From: Steroidobacteraceae bacterium
Lineage (GTDB): Bacteria > Pseudomonadota > Gammaproteobacteria > Steroidobacterales > Steroidobacteraceae
Length of the DNA: 64,000 nt
Direction: 5' to 3'
Assembly: GCA_041395505.1 (NCBI GenBank)
Contig: JAWLAG010000002.1
Coordinates: 555,556-619,555, forward strand
How positions within the stretch are numbered: the first letter of the stretch is position 1; the number at the start of each line of letters is the position of its first letter. Below, one piece after another: positions 39,587 through 50,298 of this stretch. The notes below the pieces were generated by a model, which was given only the letters and a program-made list of their open reading frames with translations, was not told the DNA's origin and did not search any database. The position numbers and the translations under genes were made by a program.

Positions 39587-41638
39587 TCATTTGCCGGTTT
39601 GCGTTGCCGCGAGGCCGCGAACGTGCTCGGCGCCTTCGCGCACCTCGTAGCTCGATCCGGCGAAATCGCCGCCGACCTCCTGGTAGCGCCCGCCCAGGCA
39701 TTGCGACAGGAAGCCTTCGGAGATCGCGTAGAACGACAGGCGGTTTTCAGGGCGGGCGAAGCCATGGCCCTCATCGGGATAGAGCACGTAGGTGACCGGC
39801 AGATTTTTTGCTTTCATTGCCGCTACGATCTGATCCGCCTCCGCCTGCTTGACCCGCGGATCGTTCGCACCCTGCGCAATCAGTAGCGGCCGCTCGATAG
39901 CCGAGACGCGGCTGAGCGGCGAGCGCTCGGCCAGCAATTTGCGGCCCTCCTCGGTGCGCGGATCGCCAACGCGGCGCGCCAGGTCCTCGAAGAACGACTT
40001 CCAGTAGGGCGGTATGGATTCGAGCAGGGTCATCAGGTTGGAGGGACCGACGATGTCGACCCCGCAGGCGAAGCGATCCGGTGTGAACGTGAGTCCGACC
40101 AGGGTGGCGTAGCCGCCGTAGGAGCCGCCGTAGATGGCGACCTTGTCCGCGGTCGTGATGTGCTTTGCGATGGCGTAGTCGACGGCGTCGATCAGGTCAT
40201 CGTGCATGCGCGCAGCCCATTGATGGTCACCGGCGTTGACGAATTCCTTGCCAAAACCCGTCGAACCACGGTAGTTCACCGAGAGCACGGCATATCCGCG
40301 ATTGGCGAGCCACTGGTGCTCCGCGTCGAAGCCGTAGTTGTCGCGCGCCCAGGGACCGCCGTGCACATTGAGTACCATGGGTAGCGGCGAGTCGGGTATG
40401 CCATCGCCATCCGGATCGGAGCCGCGCGGCAAGCTCAGGTAGCTCACCAGCGTGAGTCCATCGCGCGCCTTGATCGCAAGTGGATGCATGGCGACGAGTG
40501 GTGCGCCGATCAGCTGCGGACGCTGGTCGAAAAGCTTCACGACGCGGCCCGAATCGCGCTCATAGAGATAGCTCGCGTAGGCGCTGATCGGCTCATCGGA
40601 CACCACGATCCAACGCTTGTCATCGAGCGTGCGGCTCACGACTTCGAAACCCTCGCCGAGGGTATTGCGCAGGCGCTCGATATCGGCGCGCACGGCATCA
40701 TCGACCGCGGTGTACTCGTTGGTCAGGTAATTGACCGAATAGGCCTCGAGTACACGGCTGCGCGGATTGAGCCATACGCCCTGCACGTCGGCGCGCTCGT
40801 TCGCGGCGACGATCTTCCCGGCGCCGCTCGCAAGGTCGATGCTGACGAGCGCCGCCTTGTCGCGGCCTACGGCAGAGAGCAACAATGCGGAACGGCCGTC
40901 GCCACTGATGGCAACCGGGTTGGTGGTCAGGCTGTCGGCCTGGCCGAACCGAAGGAAACTCTGCCATTTGTCGCCATCGCGACGAAACAACTCGCCCCCA
41001 TCGGCATCGAGTTTTACGGCGAGTCGTGGCACCAGATCGAGATCTTCGAGGTAACCCGCGAAGCCCTGATCGTTGCGCTCGACGAGTCGGCGCTCGCCGG
41101 ATGCGATGTCGATTTCGTAGACATCGTGCCACTCCGGCGTACGGTCGTTGAGACCGACCAGTACCTTGCCCGGGTGCAGATGCGAGGCACCGATGACCTG
41201 CGCCTGGATGCCCTGCAGCGGCGTCAGGTCACGCTGTTTCGCATCGCGCACATCGACGCTGTACAGGCGCCAGTTCTCATCGCCACCCTCGTCCTGCAGA
41301 TAAAGGACGTGCTGGTTGTCGAATGACCAGAAGTGCTGCCTTATGCCGCGCTTGCGATCGTCTGTGATCGCGCGCGCGGCCGAGATGTCGTTGCTCGGCG
41401 CAACGAACACGTTCAACACGCCATCCTTCGGCGCGAGGTAGGAGATGTACGCGCCGTCCGGGCTCAAGCGCGCCTGGGTACGATCCGGATTGCCGAACAA
41501 TGCCGTGCGTGCAATGAGTGGAGTGGTTGTCTTTGTGTCGGACATCGTTGGCTCACCTTGTAGCGGCACGCAGGCTGCGAGCGATATCGCGGCCGGCAAC
41601 AGCAATCGTCTTATGTAGTTTGCAAACATCGGGGTCAC
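39587..41638 (-). CDS. S9-family serine peptidase with N-terminal beta-propeller (second paralog)
   Basis: Signal peptide. C-terminus NVHGGPWARDNYGFDAEHQWLANRGYAVLSVNYRGSTGFGKEF..IYGGSYGGYATL (GxSxGG) and Asp/His. Confidence 0.85.
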   Translation of the reverse strand: MTPMFANYIRRLLLPAAISLAACVPLQGEPTMSDTKTTTPLIARTALFGNPDRTQARLSPDGAYISYLAPKDGVLNVFVAPSNDISAARAITDDRKRGIRQHFWSFDNQHVLYLQDEGGDENWRLYSVDVRDAKQRDLTPLQGIQAQVIGASHLHPGKVLVGLNDRTPEWHDVYEIDIASGERRLVERNDQGFAGYLEDLDLVPRLAVKLDADGGELFRRDGDKWQSFLRFGQADSLTTNPVAISGDGRSALLLSAVGRDKAALVSIDLASGAGKIVAANERADVQGVWLNPRSRVLEAYSVNYLTNEYTAVDDAVRADIERLRNTLGEGFEVVSRTLDDKRWIVVSDEPISAYASYLYERDSGRVVKLFDQRPQLIGAPLVAMHPLAIKARDGLTLVSYLSLPRGSDPDGDGIPDSPLPMVLNVHGGPWARDNYGFDAEHQWLANRGYAVLSVNYRGSTGFGKEFVNAGDHQWAARMHDDLIDAVDYAIAKHITTADKVAIYGGSYGGYATLVGLTFTPDRFACGVDIVGPSNLMTLLESIPPYWKSFFEDLARRVGDPRTEEGRKLLAERSPLSRVSAIERPLLIAQGANDPRVKQAEADQIVAAMKAKNLPVTYVLYPDEGHGFARPENRLSFYAISEGFLSQCLGGRYQEVGGDFAGSSYEVREGAEHVRGLAATQTGK

Positions 41639-41759
41639 TCCGCGTGTAATGCAAAGGGCCGACTCGCGCCGGCCCCGCTCCTTGAGGGCAATTTTACCGC
41701 GCCGGGCGCGGCGCTGGCCAGATACAAAACGACTGCAATCAGATAACCTTCAGCGCCTC

Positions 41760-44700
41760 ATGAAGAACTCCCGGCCATCCGCGGTCATTGTCCGCGGCGC
41801 GCGTCAGAATAACCTCAAGAACCTGGACCTTGACATTGCCGCCGGCCAGCTCCTGGTGGTCACCGGCGTCTCCGGTTCGGGCAAGTCATCGCTGGTCTTC
41901 GACACGCTCTATGCCGAGGGTCAGCGCCGCTACGTCGAGACCTTTTCGACCTACGCGCGTCAGTTCCTCGACCGTATGGACAAGCCACAGGTCGATCGCA
42001 TCGAAGGCATACCGCCCGCCATCGCCATCGATCAGGTCAATCCGGTTCGAACGTCACGCTCGACCGTCGGCACGATGACCGAGCTCAACGACCATCTCAA
42101 ACTGCTGTTCGCGCGAGCGGCAAAGCTCTTTTGCCGGTGCTGCGGCAAGCCCGTGACCCGCGAAGATCCGGAGTCGGTTACCCGCGATCTCATGGCGCGC
42201 GCCGCAAGGTCGCCACAGTCGCGCTGGCTGGTGACTTTTGAAATCAGTGTGCCGGCGAATTTTCGGACCGAGGAAGTCCAGCAATACCTGGCGGCGCAAG
42301 GCTATCACCGCTACCGGGAGGTCGGGGCTGGCCGGGTCGAAGTCATCCAGGATCGATTGCGCATCGATCGCGCCGACCCATCGCGCCTCACCGAATCCGT
42401 CGAAGCGGCGTTGCGACTCGGCGGCGGCCGACTGGTCGCGCACCGGCTCGCGGGCGAGTCGGGCGAGGAAGTCGTCGAATCGGCGGCGTATACACAGGCC
42501 CTCGCCTGCGCGAGCTGCGATCTTGCCTATGCCGATGCGACACCGAGCCTGTTTTCATTCAACTCGCCTCTGGGCGCCTGTGAAACCTGCCGCGGCTTCG
42601 GGCGTGTCATCGGTATCGACTACGGCCTCGTGATTCCGGATGGGAGCAAAACACTGCGCGGTGGCGCCGTCAAACCCTGGCAGACCAAGGCATTTCGCGA
42701 ATGCCAGACGGATCTGCTGCGCTATGCGAGGCGCCGCGGGGTCGATGTCGATCGTCCCTGGGTCGAGCTCGATTCAGCCACCCGCCAGTGGGTCATCGAA
42801 GGCGAAGGCGGATTCGATGACAAGGTCTGGTATGGGGCGCGACGGTTCTTCGCCTGGCTCGAAAGCAAGTCCTACAAGATGCATATCCGCGTGCTGCTCT
42901 CGCGCTATCGCGCATACACGCCCTGCCAGGCCTGCGGCGGCGCTCGCCTGAAGACAGCGGCGCTGCTGTGGCGAATTGGCGGGCGCGATGCCGCCGAGCA
43001 GGCGTTGCAGGGCCGGCCGCGCTTTCGCCCGCAGGATGTGCAGTGGAACGATGAGATGCTCGCGGCGCTCCCCGGCTTGTCGATTCACGATCTGATGCAG
43101 CTGCCCATCGAAAGGCTGGCAGGTTTCTTCGGCGCGCTCGAGCTCGCCACCATGGAACAACGGGCACTCGACACGCTGCTGGGCGAGATTCGCCAGCGGC
43201 TCGGGTTCCTGGCGACCGTTGGGCTCGGCTACCTCACGCTCGACCGCCAGTCGCGCACGCTCTCCGGTGGCGAGGTCCAGCGCATCAACCTGACGACCGC
43301 GCTAGGTACGTCGCTGGTGAACGCCATGTTCGTGCTAGACGAACCATCGATAGGCCTGCACTCGCGCGACATCCATCGCCTGATGCAGGTGATGAAGAAG
43401 CTGCGCGATGCGGGTAACACGCTGCTCGTCGTCGAGCACGATCCCGAGATCATGCAGGAAGCGGATTGCCTGCTCGATCTCGGGCCGGGACCCGGCAGCA
43501 AAGGCGGCGAAATCGTCTATTACGGGGAGCCGCGAGGCGTGCTCGACACACCGAACTCTCTGACCGGGGACTATCTCGCAGCGCGGCGGCGCATTCCTGC
43601 ATTTTCCGGCGGCCCGCCGCGAGGCGCGGCGTGGCTGCGTCTCGTTGGCGCGCGCGAGAACAATCTGCGCGATATTGATTTTTCGATGCCGCTCGGTTGT
43701 CTCGTCTGCCTGACCGGTGTTTCCGGCTCCGGCAAATCAACCCTGGTCGATCTGGTGCTCTACCGCGCGCTGCGCAAAGCCATGGGCCAGCCGACCGAGG
43801 CGCCTGGCGAATTCCGCGAACTGACAGGCGCCGAGCAGATTCACGACGTCATCCTGGTGGATCAGTCGGCGATCGGTCGCACGACGCGTTCCAATCCGGC
43901 GAGCTATGTCGGCGCCTTCGACGCCATTCGCAAATTGTTCGCCGCCGAGCCACTGGCTCGTGAGCGCAAGTACACGGCAGGTACGTTCAGTTTCAATTCC
44001 GGCACGGGCCGCTGTGCGGAATGCAACGGCAATGGTTTCGAACACATCGAAATGCAGTTCCTCTCGGACGTGTATCTGCGCTGTCCGGCCTGCGACGGCA
44101 GGCGCTTTCGCGCCGAGGTGCTGCAGGTCGCCGTCGACGGTGCCGGCAGTCGGCGCGCCAGTATCGCCGATGTCCTCGCGATGACCGTTGCCGAAGCCGT
44201 GGAGTTCTTTGCGGCCGAACCAGAAATCCTGCGCAGGCTCGCTCCGCTCGTTGCAGTGGGCCTGGAGTACCTTGCGCTCGGTCAACCAGTGCCGACACTC
44301 TCCGGCGGTGAAGCACAACGACTCAAACTTGCCGGCCATCTCGCGAGCGCCTCAACAAGCGAGCGCGGCACGCTTTTCATATTGGACGAACCCACGACCG
44401 GTCTGCACTTCGAGGACATCGCGCGGCTCATGCGTGCGCTGCGCCAGTTGGTGGAGCGCGGCGATTCGCTGCTCGTGATCGAGCACAACCTGGATGTCAT
44501 CGCCGGTGCCGACTGGATCGTCGATCTTGGGCCCGAGGGCGGCGATGGCGGCGGGCGCATCGTATTTGCCGGCACGCCGGCGGCGCTCGCCGGAAACGCC
44601 AGCACTCACACCGGCGCGGCCCTTGGCCGTTACCAGCGTCGCGGTCGATTCATGAGCGAGCAGAGCCGCGGTCGCGCGCATCCGCGCGAGGAGCCCGAGC

Positions 44701-47270
44701 GCGCAATCTCGGTGCACAACGCGCGCGAGCACAACCTGCGGCAGATCGACGCCGTGATTCCACATGGTCGTTTTACGGTGTTGACAGGCGTGTCCGGCTC
44801 GGGCAAATCGACCCTTGCCTTCGACATCGTATTCAACGAGGGACAGCGTCGTTATCTCGAATCCCTGAACGCCTATGCGCGCCAGTTCGTGCAGCCTGCA
44901 GCGCGGGCGGATGTCGATTCGGTCACGGGCATACCGCCGACGGTCGCCATCGAGCAGCGCACCAGCCGCGGCGGCCGTCGCAGTACCGTGGCGACGCAGA
45001 CCGAGATCTACCATTTCCTGCGCCTGCTGTTTCAGAAGCTCGGTACGCAATATTGTCCCGATTGCGACGTTGCGATCAGACCGCAGAGCATGCCAGCGAT
45101 CGCCGCACAGATACTGCGCCGGCATCGGGGAAGGGAAATCACGCTGCTCGCGCCACTCGTGGTCGGCCGCAAGGGCTACTACACGGACCTCGCCGCCTGG
45201 GCGCTGCGCAAGGGCTATGGCCATTTGCGCGTCGATGGCGAGTTGACGCCGACCGCCGCCTGGCCGCGGCTGCGCCGCTACGAGCAGCACGACATCGAAC
45301 TGCCTGTCGCGACGCTGCGTCCCGACATACGGCGGGAAAAGGCCTTGCGCGATTCGCTCGCGGTCGCGCTCGATCATGGCAAAGGTATCGTGCAGGTACT
45401 TGCGGCGGGCGGGCGGATGACGACCTATTCGACCTTGCGCGCCTGTCCTTCCTGCCAGCGCAGCTTCGCGGAACTCGATCCCCGGCTGTTCTCGTTCAAC
45501 TCACCCCAGGGGTGGTGCCCGGCCTGTCGCGGCACGGGTTGCGTATCGAACGACGATGCCGAGGAGCCGCCCGACCCTGAAGGCGCCGCAATCTGCGAGC
45601 AATGTAACGGCAACCGCTTGAATGAAGTCGCGCTCCATGTGCGACTCTCCGGCCACTCTATCGCCACCTGGACTGCCGACACCGCGAGCGAGTGCCGGGC
45701 GAGACTTGGGCGTGTGAAACTTGATCGACGCGATCGCCTCATTGCCCGTGACATCCTTCCCGAGATCCGCGAGCGACTGGGATTTCTCGAGCGCGTGGGC
45801 CTAGGCTACCTGTCGCTGGCGCGTGCGGCGCCGACCCTGTCTGGCGGCGAGGCGCAGCGCATCCGTCTCGCGGCTCAACTCGGGTCGAACCTCAAAGGCG
45901 TTTGCTACGTGCTCGACGAACCCACGATCGGCCTGCATCCGCGCGACAACCGCATGCTGCTCGATGTGCTGGCACGCCTTGGACGCAACGGCAATACGCT
46001 GCTGGTCGTGGAGCACGACGAGGACACGATTCGAAGTGCGGATCACATCATCGACCTTGGGCCCGGCGCCGGCACGCGCGGTGGGCGGGTGATTGCAAGC
46101 GGCAGCCTGCAGCAATTGATGCGCACGCCCGAGTCGGTCACGGGCCGCGCGATGAAGGCAGCCGCGCAACGCGGCATCACGCTGAACGAAAACGCACCGC
46201 GCAGTGCGCGGTACCTGCGCATACGTGGCGCCAAGCGCAACAATCTGCGCAATATCGATGTCGACATCCCGCTGCATGCGCTCGCGCTGGTCACAGGTGT
46301 TTCCGGCTCGGGCAAATCGACACTGACCCGAGGCACGATCTACGAGAACCTGCTGCGCGTCGTCGGCAAACGCAGCACGCCGAAGACGTGGCTCGGTTGC
46401 AGGCGCGTATCCGGCTACGACAGCATAGACCGCGTGCTGGAAGTCGATCAGACGCCTATCGGCAAGACGCCGCGGTCCTGCCCCGCGACCTACGTCGGGA
46501 TCTGGGACGAGATCCGTCGGGTGCTGGCCAATACCACTGAAGCGCGGCTGCGCGGCTATAGCGCCAGCCGCTTCTCCTTCAATACGCCCGGTGGCCGCTG
46601 CCCGACCTGCGAAGGCCAGGGAATGAAGCGGATCGAGATGAGTTTTCTTCCGGACGTGAAACTGCCCTGCGATGCCTGCAACGGCCTGCGCTTTGATCCG
46701 CAGACACTGCAGGTGCGGCACCGCGGCCTGAACGCCGGCGAGATTCTGGCGATGGAAGTGGAGAGCGCTTGCGAGTTCTTCGCTGCCCACCGGCGCATCG
46801 CCGCGACACTGCGGCTGATGGTGCAGATCGGCCTGGGTTACCTGACACTCGGACAACACAGTCCGACGTTGTCGGGCGGCGAGGCGCAGCGAATCAAGCT
46901 GGTAGCGGAGCTTGCGCGCGCCGAAGGCAGCCGCCAGCACACCCTGTACCTGCTCGATGAGCCGACCGTCGGCCTGCACATGGCCGATGTCGAGCGACTG
47001 CTCGACGTGCTGCGCCGCCTGGTGGCAACCGGCAACAGTGTGCTCATTGTCGAGCACAATCTGCAGGTCATCGCCGCAGCCGATCATGTCATCGACCTTG
47101 GCCCGGAAGGTGGCAGCAACGGCGGCCGCATCGTCGCGAGTGGCACGCCGCGCCAAATCGCCTCGAACCGTGCTTCACATACCGGACGGATACTACGCCG
47201 GCACCTGCACAATCCGCGTGGCACGGGGCTATCGCGCGGAAGCGCCCGCGGGCGGGCGGTCTATAATTGA
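41760..47270 (+). CDS. uvrA: Tandemly duplicated UvrA-like ABC ATPase (excinuclease ABC subunit A paralog, about 1,836 aa)
   Basis: Four UvrA-type nucleotide-binding domains, each with Walker A GVSGSGKS(S/T)L. They sit at aa 30, 690, 1050 and 1500 counted from the ATG at 41760. Four ABC signature/Zn-finger modules ([66 protein letters not shown]). In effect two complete UvrA units fused head-to-tail. Confidence 0.85.
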   Translation: MKNSRPSAVIVRGARQNNLKNLDLDIAAGQLLVVTGVSGSGKSSLVFDTLYAEGQRRYVETFSTYARQFLDRMDKPQVDRIEGIPPAIAIDQVNPVRTSRSTVGTMTELNDHLKLLFARAAKLFCRCCGKPVTREDPESVTRDLMARAARSPQSRWLVTFEISVPANFRTEEVQQYLAAQGYHRYREVGAGRVEVIQDRLRIDRADPSRLTESVEAALRLGGGRLVAHRLAGESGEEVVESAAYTQALACASCDLAYADATPSLFSFNSPLGACETCRGFGRVIGIDYGLVIPDGSKTLRGGAVKPWQTKAFRECQTDLLRYARRRGVDVDRPWVELDSATRQWVIEGEGGFDDKVWYGARRFFAWLESKSYKMHIRVLLSRYRAYTPCQACGGARLKTAALLWRIGGRDAAEQALQGRPRFRPQDVQWNDEMLAALPGLSIHDLMQLPIERLAGFFGALELATMEQRALDTLLGEIRQRLGFLATVGLGYLTLDRQSRTLSGGEVQRINLTTALGTSLVNAMFVLDEPSIGLHSRDIHRLMQVMKKLRDAGNTLLVVEHDPEIMQEADCLLDLGPGPGSKGGEIVYYGEPRGVLDTPNSLTGDYLAARRRIPAFSGGPPRGAAWLRLVGARENNLRDIDFSMPLGCLVCLTGVSGSGKSTLVDLVLYRALRKAMGQPTEAPGEFRELTGAEQIHDVILVDQSAIGRTTRSNPASYVGAFDAIRKLFAAEPLARERKYTAGTFSFNSGTGRCAECNGNGFEHIEMQFLSDVYLRCPACDGRRFRAEVLQVAVDGAGSRRASIADVLAMTVAEAVEFFAAEPEILRRLAPLVAVGLEYLALGQPVPTLSGGEAQRLKLAGHLASASTSERGTLFILDEPTTGLHFEDIARLMRALRQLVERGDSLLVIEHNLDVIAGADWIVDLGPEGGDGGGRIVFAGTPAALAGNASTHTGAALGRYQRRGRFMSEQSRGRAHPREEPERAISVHNAREHNLRQIDAVIPHGRFTVLTGVSGSGKSTLAFDIVFNEGQRRYLESLNAYARQFVQPAARADVDSVTGIPPTVAIEQRTSRGGRRSTVATQTEIYHFLRLLFQKLGTQYCPDCDVAIRPQSMPAIAAQILRRHRGREITLLAPLVVGRKGYYTDLAAWALRKGYGHLRVDGELTPTAAWPRLRRYEQHDIELPVATLRPDIRREKALRDSLAVALDHGKGIVQVLAAGGRMTTYSTLRACPSCQRSFAELDPRLFSFNSPQGWCPACRGTGCVSNDDAEEPPDPEGAAICEQCNGNRLNEVALHVRLSGHSIATWTADTASECRARLGRVKLDRRDRLIARDILPEIRERLGFLERVGLGYLSLARAAPTLSGGEAQRIRLAAQLGSNLKGVCYVLDEPTIGLHPRDNRMLLDVLARLGRNGNTLLVVEHDEDTIRSADHIIDLGPGAGTRGGRVIASGSLQQLMRTPESVTGRAMKAAAQRGITLNENAPRSARYLRIRGAKRNNLRNIDVDIPLHALALVTGVSGSGKSTLTRGTIYENLLRVVGKRSTPKTWLGCRRVSGYDSIDRVLEVDQTPIGKTPRSCPATYVGIWDEIRRVLANTTEARLRGYSASRFSFNTPGGRCPTCEGQGMKRIEMSFLPDVKLPCDACNGLRFDPQTLQVRHRGLNAGEILAMEVESACEFFAAHRRIAATLRLMVQIGLGYLTLGQHSPTLSGGEAQRIKLVAELARAEGSRQHTLYLLDEPTVGLHMADVERLLDVLRRLVATGNSVLIVEHNLQVIAAADHVIDLGPEGGSNGGRIVASGTPRQIASNRASHTGRILRRHLHNPRGTGLSRGSARGRAVYN

Positions 47271-47275
47271 CCGCC

Positions 47276-47578
47276 ATGAGTCACGATCTGGTGTGCTGGA
47301 AATGCGGCGCGAGCCTCGCCGCGCTGACGTTGCCGCTATCGCGCCGGGACGAGTGTCGCGCCTGCCGCGCAGAATTGCATGTCTGCCGCATGTGCTGCGA
47401 ATACGATCGCAATTACGCCAAGCACTGCCGGGAACCGACCACCGAGGAGGTCCGCGACAAGGAAGCCGCGAATTTCTGCGACTACTTCCGGCCGCGCAGC
47501 GGGGCTTTCGACGCGGCCAAAGGCGCCGCAGGGGAGCGCTCGCGTGCTGAACTCGACAAACTGTTCGGCGGCAAGTAG
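47276..47578 (+). CDS. Small Cys-rich (zinc-ribbon-like) protein
   Basis: 100 aa with CxxC..CxxC..CxxCC pattern (CWKCGASL..CRACRAELHVCRMCCEY). ATG lies 6 bp after the uvrA-like stop, and a TTG at 47267 overlaps it. No recognisable domain. Confidence 0.5.
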   Translation: MSHDLVCWKCGASLAALTLPLSRRDECRACRAELHVCRMCCEYDRNYAKHCREPTTEEVRDKEAANFCDYFRPRSGAFDAAKGAAGERSRAELDKLFGGK

Positions 47579-47581
47579 GGA

Positions 47582-49474
47582 TCAGCTCTTCAGGCGATCC
47601 GCCAGCCGATCGAGGAGCTTGGAGAATTTCCTGGTGCGGTTGTCGACCTGCACACGCAAGTGCCGCACGCCCGAGTCGTTGAGCAATTCGCCGCGCCCGT
47701 TGTCGATCTGAAGCTCGCTCGCACCGAGGATTTCCAGCGTTTCCTCGAGCGATTGCGGTGCGCCCGCCGGCTTGCTGCGACGACCGGGCGCCGTCGCCTT
47801 GAACTTGCTCTTCTCGTTGCGTACCGCGTCGATCTTGGCGCGCACCTGCTCGGGCGCCATACGCTGGACGGGTTCGCGCGGCTTGGCCGTCGAAGTTTCC
47901 TGATCGACATCGAACAACTTGAACTCGCCGCTGGCACTGGTGTCGACCTGCGGCTTGCGACTGGCCTGGGCCTTGTCCGCGGCGCTGGCCGAATCGGCTG
48001 CAGCCCTGTCCTTCTCGCCCTGGCCGACAGGAACGACCGCAACGGATGCGAAGTCCGAGCGCACGTAATGCGCAACCTGTTTCGCGGATACCGCATCGGA
48101 GAAGAAACCGAGCCGCAGGCCGAACCATTTTCGGCCATCGCGATCGCCTTCGACGGTGTATAGCGTATAGGCGCTGAAAATCGCGAGCGGCGGCACCTGC
48201 GCCAGGTCGATCGGTGTGACCGACCAGTCGAGCTGCACGGCAAAGGAAACCGGGGCGTTGTTCTCGAGCTGGCCGCGCAGGGCCCGCATCGTGCCGGTAT
48301 CGTCTGGACGCAGCAGCTGAATGTCGTTGGCCTCCGCTTCGGCGCCGCGCAATGTCGCGCTGTCACCGCTGTCGGAGCGCTGGCGCTCGAGCATCTTGAG
48401 CACCTGTGTATCCGACAACTCGGGCTTGGCGAGCCGCGCCGTTGGCGAAGCCGGCGCAACAACGGCGGCAGGTGCTGCAGATGGAGCCACGACGGCAGGT
48501 GCCGCGGGTGGAGCGGCCTTGGCGGCCGGTACGCGAGTCGGCGTCGGTGGTACTTTTGCACTCGCTACGCGGGTAGCCGCCGGCGGCTGGGGCACGGCGC
48601 GTGGCGGCGATGTTACAGCCGGTTTGGCGCCGCCCAATTGCGCAAGCACCTCGCGCACATTCGACGGTGGTACGTTGTTGCGCGGCAGCTTCTTGCGTCG
48701 CTGTGAACTCCTGGGCTCTGCGGCCGGAATGACAGCCGGCTTGGCGGGTTGTCCCCTGACGGGCGCAGCGCCTGCCGGCGCACGCGCGGCAGATGTCGTC
48801 GGAGCGGGCTTGGCCGCGGGCGCTGTCGTGGGGGCGGCTATGGACGGACGCGCTGCAGTCGTTGGCTTGACCGCGGCCGGGCGCGGCGGTGTTGCAACCG
48901 GCGCGGCAACCGGTGCGCCTGCGCCTCGCGCCACGGTTGCGGGCGGTGACGCCTTGCGCGGTGCGCTCGGCGCAGCTGCCGGTGCTGGCACAGCCGCCTG
49001 GGCTGGCGCGGCCGGCGTCACCGACGCGGTGCGCGGAGAATTCTTGCCTACGACGCAGGCAACAACCGGCGCCGCCTTGGGCGCTGGCGTCGCCACAACA
49101 TTCGGTGCAGCCGCTCTGGACGGTGCGGGAGCGGCGGCCGGCGCTGCGGCCTGCCGGGCGGCAGCCAGCTTCTTGCCTGGCGCATCACCCACCCATGCCG
49201 CGGGATAGATTTCCCGGACGATGTTCAGGAGCTCATTGGCTTCGCGACGCGTCGCGAAATAGCCCATGTGCAGGCGGAATCGCTCCCGACCCTCTTCCCG
49301 TCGGCGACTGACAAAGAACGTAAACCGCGCAAGCTCCGGCGACTGCGGTTTCACGAGTGCCATTGGCGTCGTGGACGAAGACAGATTGATGACGAATTGT
49401 CCCGATTGAGCGCCGCCCGACGCGGGGCCCGCGTGCACACCTGAGTCGTCGAGAGAACTCGCCGGTCGATTCAT
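47582..49474 (-). CDS. SPOR-domain protein with long Pro/Ala-rich linker
   Basis: N-terminal SPOR-like module (QFVINLSSSTTP..RFRLHMGYFATRREANELLNIVREIYPAAWV). About 250 aa of low-complexity P/A/T/V-rich sequence. Second SPOR-like module (YTLYTVEGDRDGRKWFGLRLGFFSDAVSAKQVAHYV) and a charged C-terminal region. Confidence 0.6.
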   Translation of the reverse strand: MNRPASSLDDSGVHAGPASGGAQSGQFVINLSSSTTPMALVKPQSPELARFTFFVSRRREEGRERFRLHMGYFATRREANELLNIVREIYPAAWVGDAPGKKLAAARQAAAPAAAPAPSRAAAPNVVATPAPKAAPVVACVVGKNSPRTASVTPAAPAQAAVPAPAAAPSAPRKASPPATVARGAGAPVAAPVATPPRPAAVKPTTAARPSIAAPTTAPAAKPAPTTSAARAPAGAAPVRGQPAKPAVIPAAEPRSSQRRKKLPRNNVPPSNVREVLAQLGGAKPAVTSPPRAVPQPPAATRVASAKVPPTPTRVPAAKAAPPAAPAVVAPSAAPAAVVAPASPTARLAKPELSDTQVLKMLERQRSDSGDSATLRGAEAEANDIQLLRPDDTGTMRALRGQLENNAPVSFAVQLDWSVTPIDLAQVPPLAIFSAYTLYTVEGDRDGRKWFGLRLGFFSDAVSAKQVAHYVRSDFASVAVVPVGQGEKDRAAADSASAADKAQASRKPQVDTSASGEFKLFDVDQETSTAKPREPVQRMAPEQVRAKIDAVRNEKSKFKATAPGRRSKPAGAPQSLEETLEILGASELQIDNGRGELLNDSGVRHLRVQVDNRTRKFSKLLDRLADRLKS

Positions 49475-49763
49475 GAAGTTTTTCCCCGGAACAATAAAGC
49501 GTACGCACTGACCGGGCTTGCGTGGCGTCCGCTGGGGAATCGAAGGTCGAGGACGCGATGCGCCTCGTCGGTAACCCCGCTGTCCAACAATCGACGGACC
49601 GGAAGCTTTGCGTCCCCGCCTCGCGACGGGTTTGCCCTTGTCAGAGCGGTAGAGTGGACAAGCGTGTGTCATCCGTCAAGCAAGGACTGTGTGGTACGCG
49701 TCGCATTCCACCGACAGCTGCGCCCGCGCGCTGGGCAACCAGACATATTGCGCGCCGGCTATT

Positions 49764-50297
49764 TTACGGATTCCAGAAACGGCCCGCGGCAACGAGGCGA
49801 TGAGAGAAATAGGGATCGTCCAGATAGGCAATGCTGACCACGCGTCCCGAACTCGGCGCATGCATGAATCGGCCGTCGCCCAGATACAGACCGACGTGAT
49901 CGGTGGCCTCGCCATTGATCCTGAAGAACAGGAGATCACCGGGTTTCAGATCCGCGATCGCAACCGGCAGCGCTCTGCGGCGTTGCTCGCGCGCCGTTCG
50001 CGGCACCACCACGCCGTGTTGTGCGTGGGTATAGAGCACCAGGCCACTGCAATCCATGCCCGTGCGATCCGCGCCGCCATAGCGATAGGGTGTGCCGACG
50101 AGCGACAGCGCATCGGTGGCGATCAGCGCGCCGAGCGTTTTCGGTGTTGCGGCGATGGGTGCGGTGTCGCTGCCCTGGCGATCCACGGACGTATCGGGCG
50201 CGGTCGTGGCGCAGGCCGCCAGCAGGGTCGGCAGGAGCAGCGCCGCCAGGCAAGATGGACCGCAGCTGCGTCGGCAACGCAATGCTGCCTCGCGCAT
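49764..50297 (-). CDS. NlpC/P60 (C40) peptidoglycan endopeptidase lipoprotein
   Basis: Lipoprotein signal ..LLAACATTAP. Catalytic Cys in GMDCSGLV, His in DHVGLYLGDGRFMHAP. Start trimmed to MREAAL to avoid overlap with the upstream gene. Confidence 0.8.
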   Translation of the reverse strand: MREAALRCRRSCGPSCLAALLLPTLLAACATTAPDTSVDRQGSDTAPIAATPKTLGALIATDALSLVGTPYRYGGADRTGMDCSGLVLYTHAQHGVVVPRTAREQRRRALPVAIADLKPGDLLFFRINGEATDHVGLYLGDGRFMHAPSSGRVVSIAYLDDPYFSHRLVAAGRFWNP

Positions 50298-50298
50298 C

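Noticed and set aside
38420-39886. 488-aa ORF antisense to ygiQ, and others at 36067..36873, 40484..41326, 50092..51744, 56767..57699, 57702..58310, 58790..59425 and 48321..49208
   Set aside because: Each is antisense to a gene with strong domain evidence. The products have no motifs and a biased composition.
45801-47156. 451-aa ORF antisense to the UvrA paralog, and similar long antisense ORFs at 44352..45377, 43737..44339 and 42774..43160
   Set aside because: High GC removes stop codons from non-coding frames. The sense strand has unmistakable UvrA domains, while the antisense products are Arg/Ala-rich with no domain.
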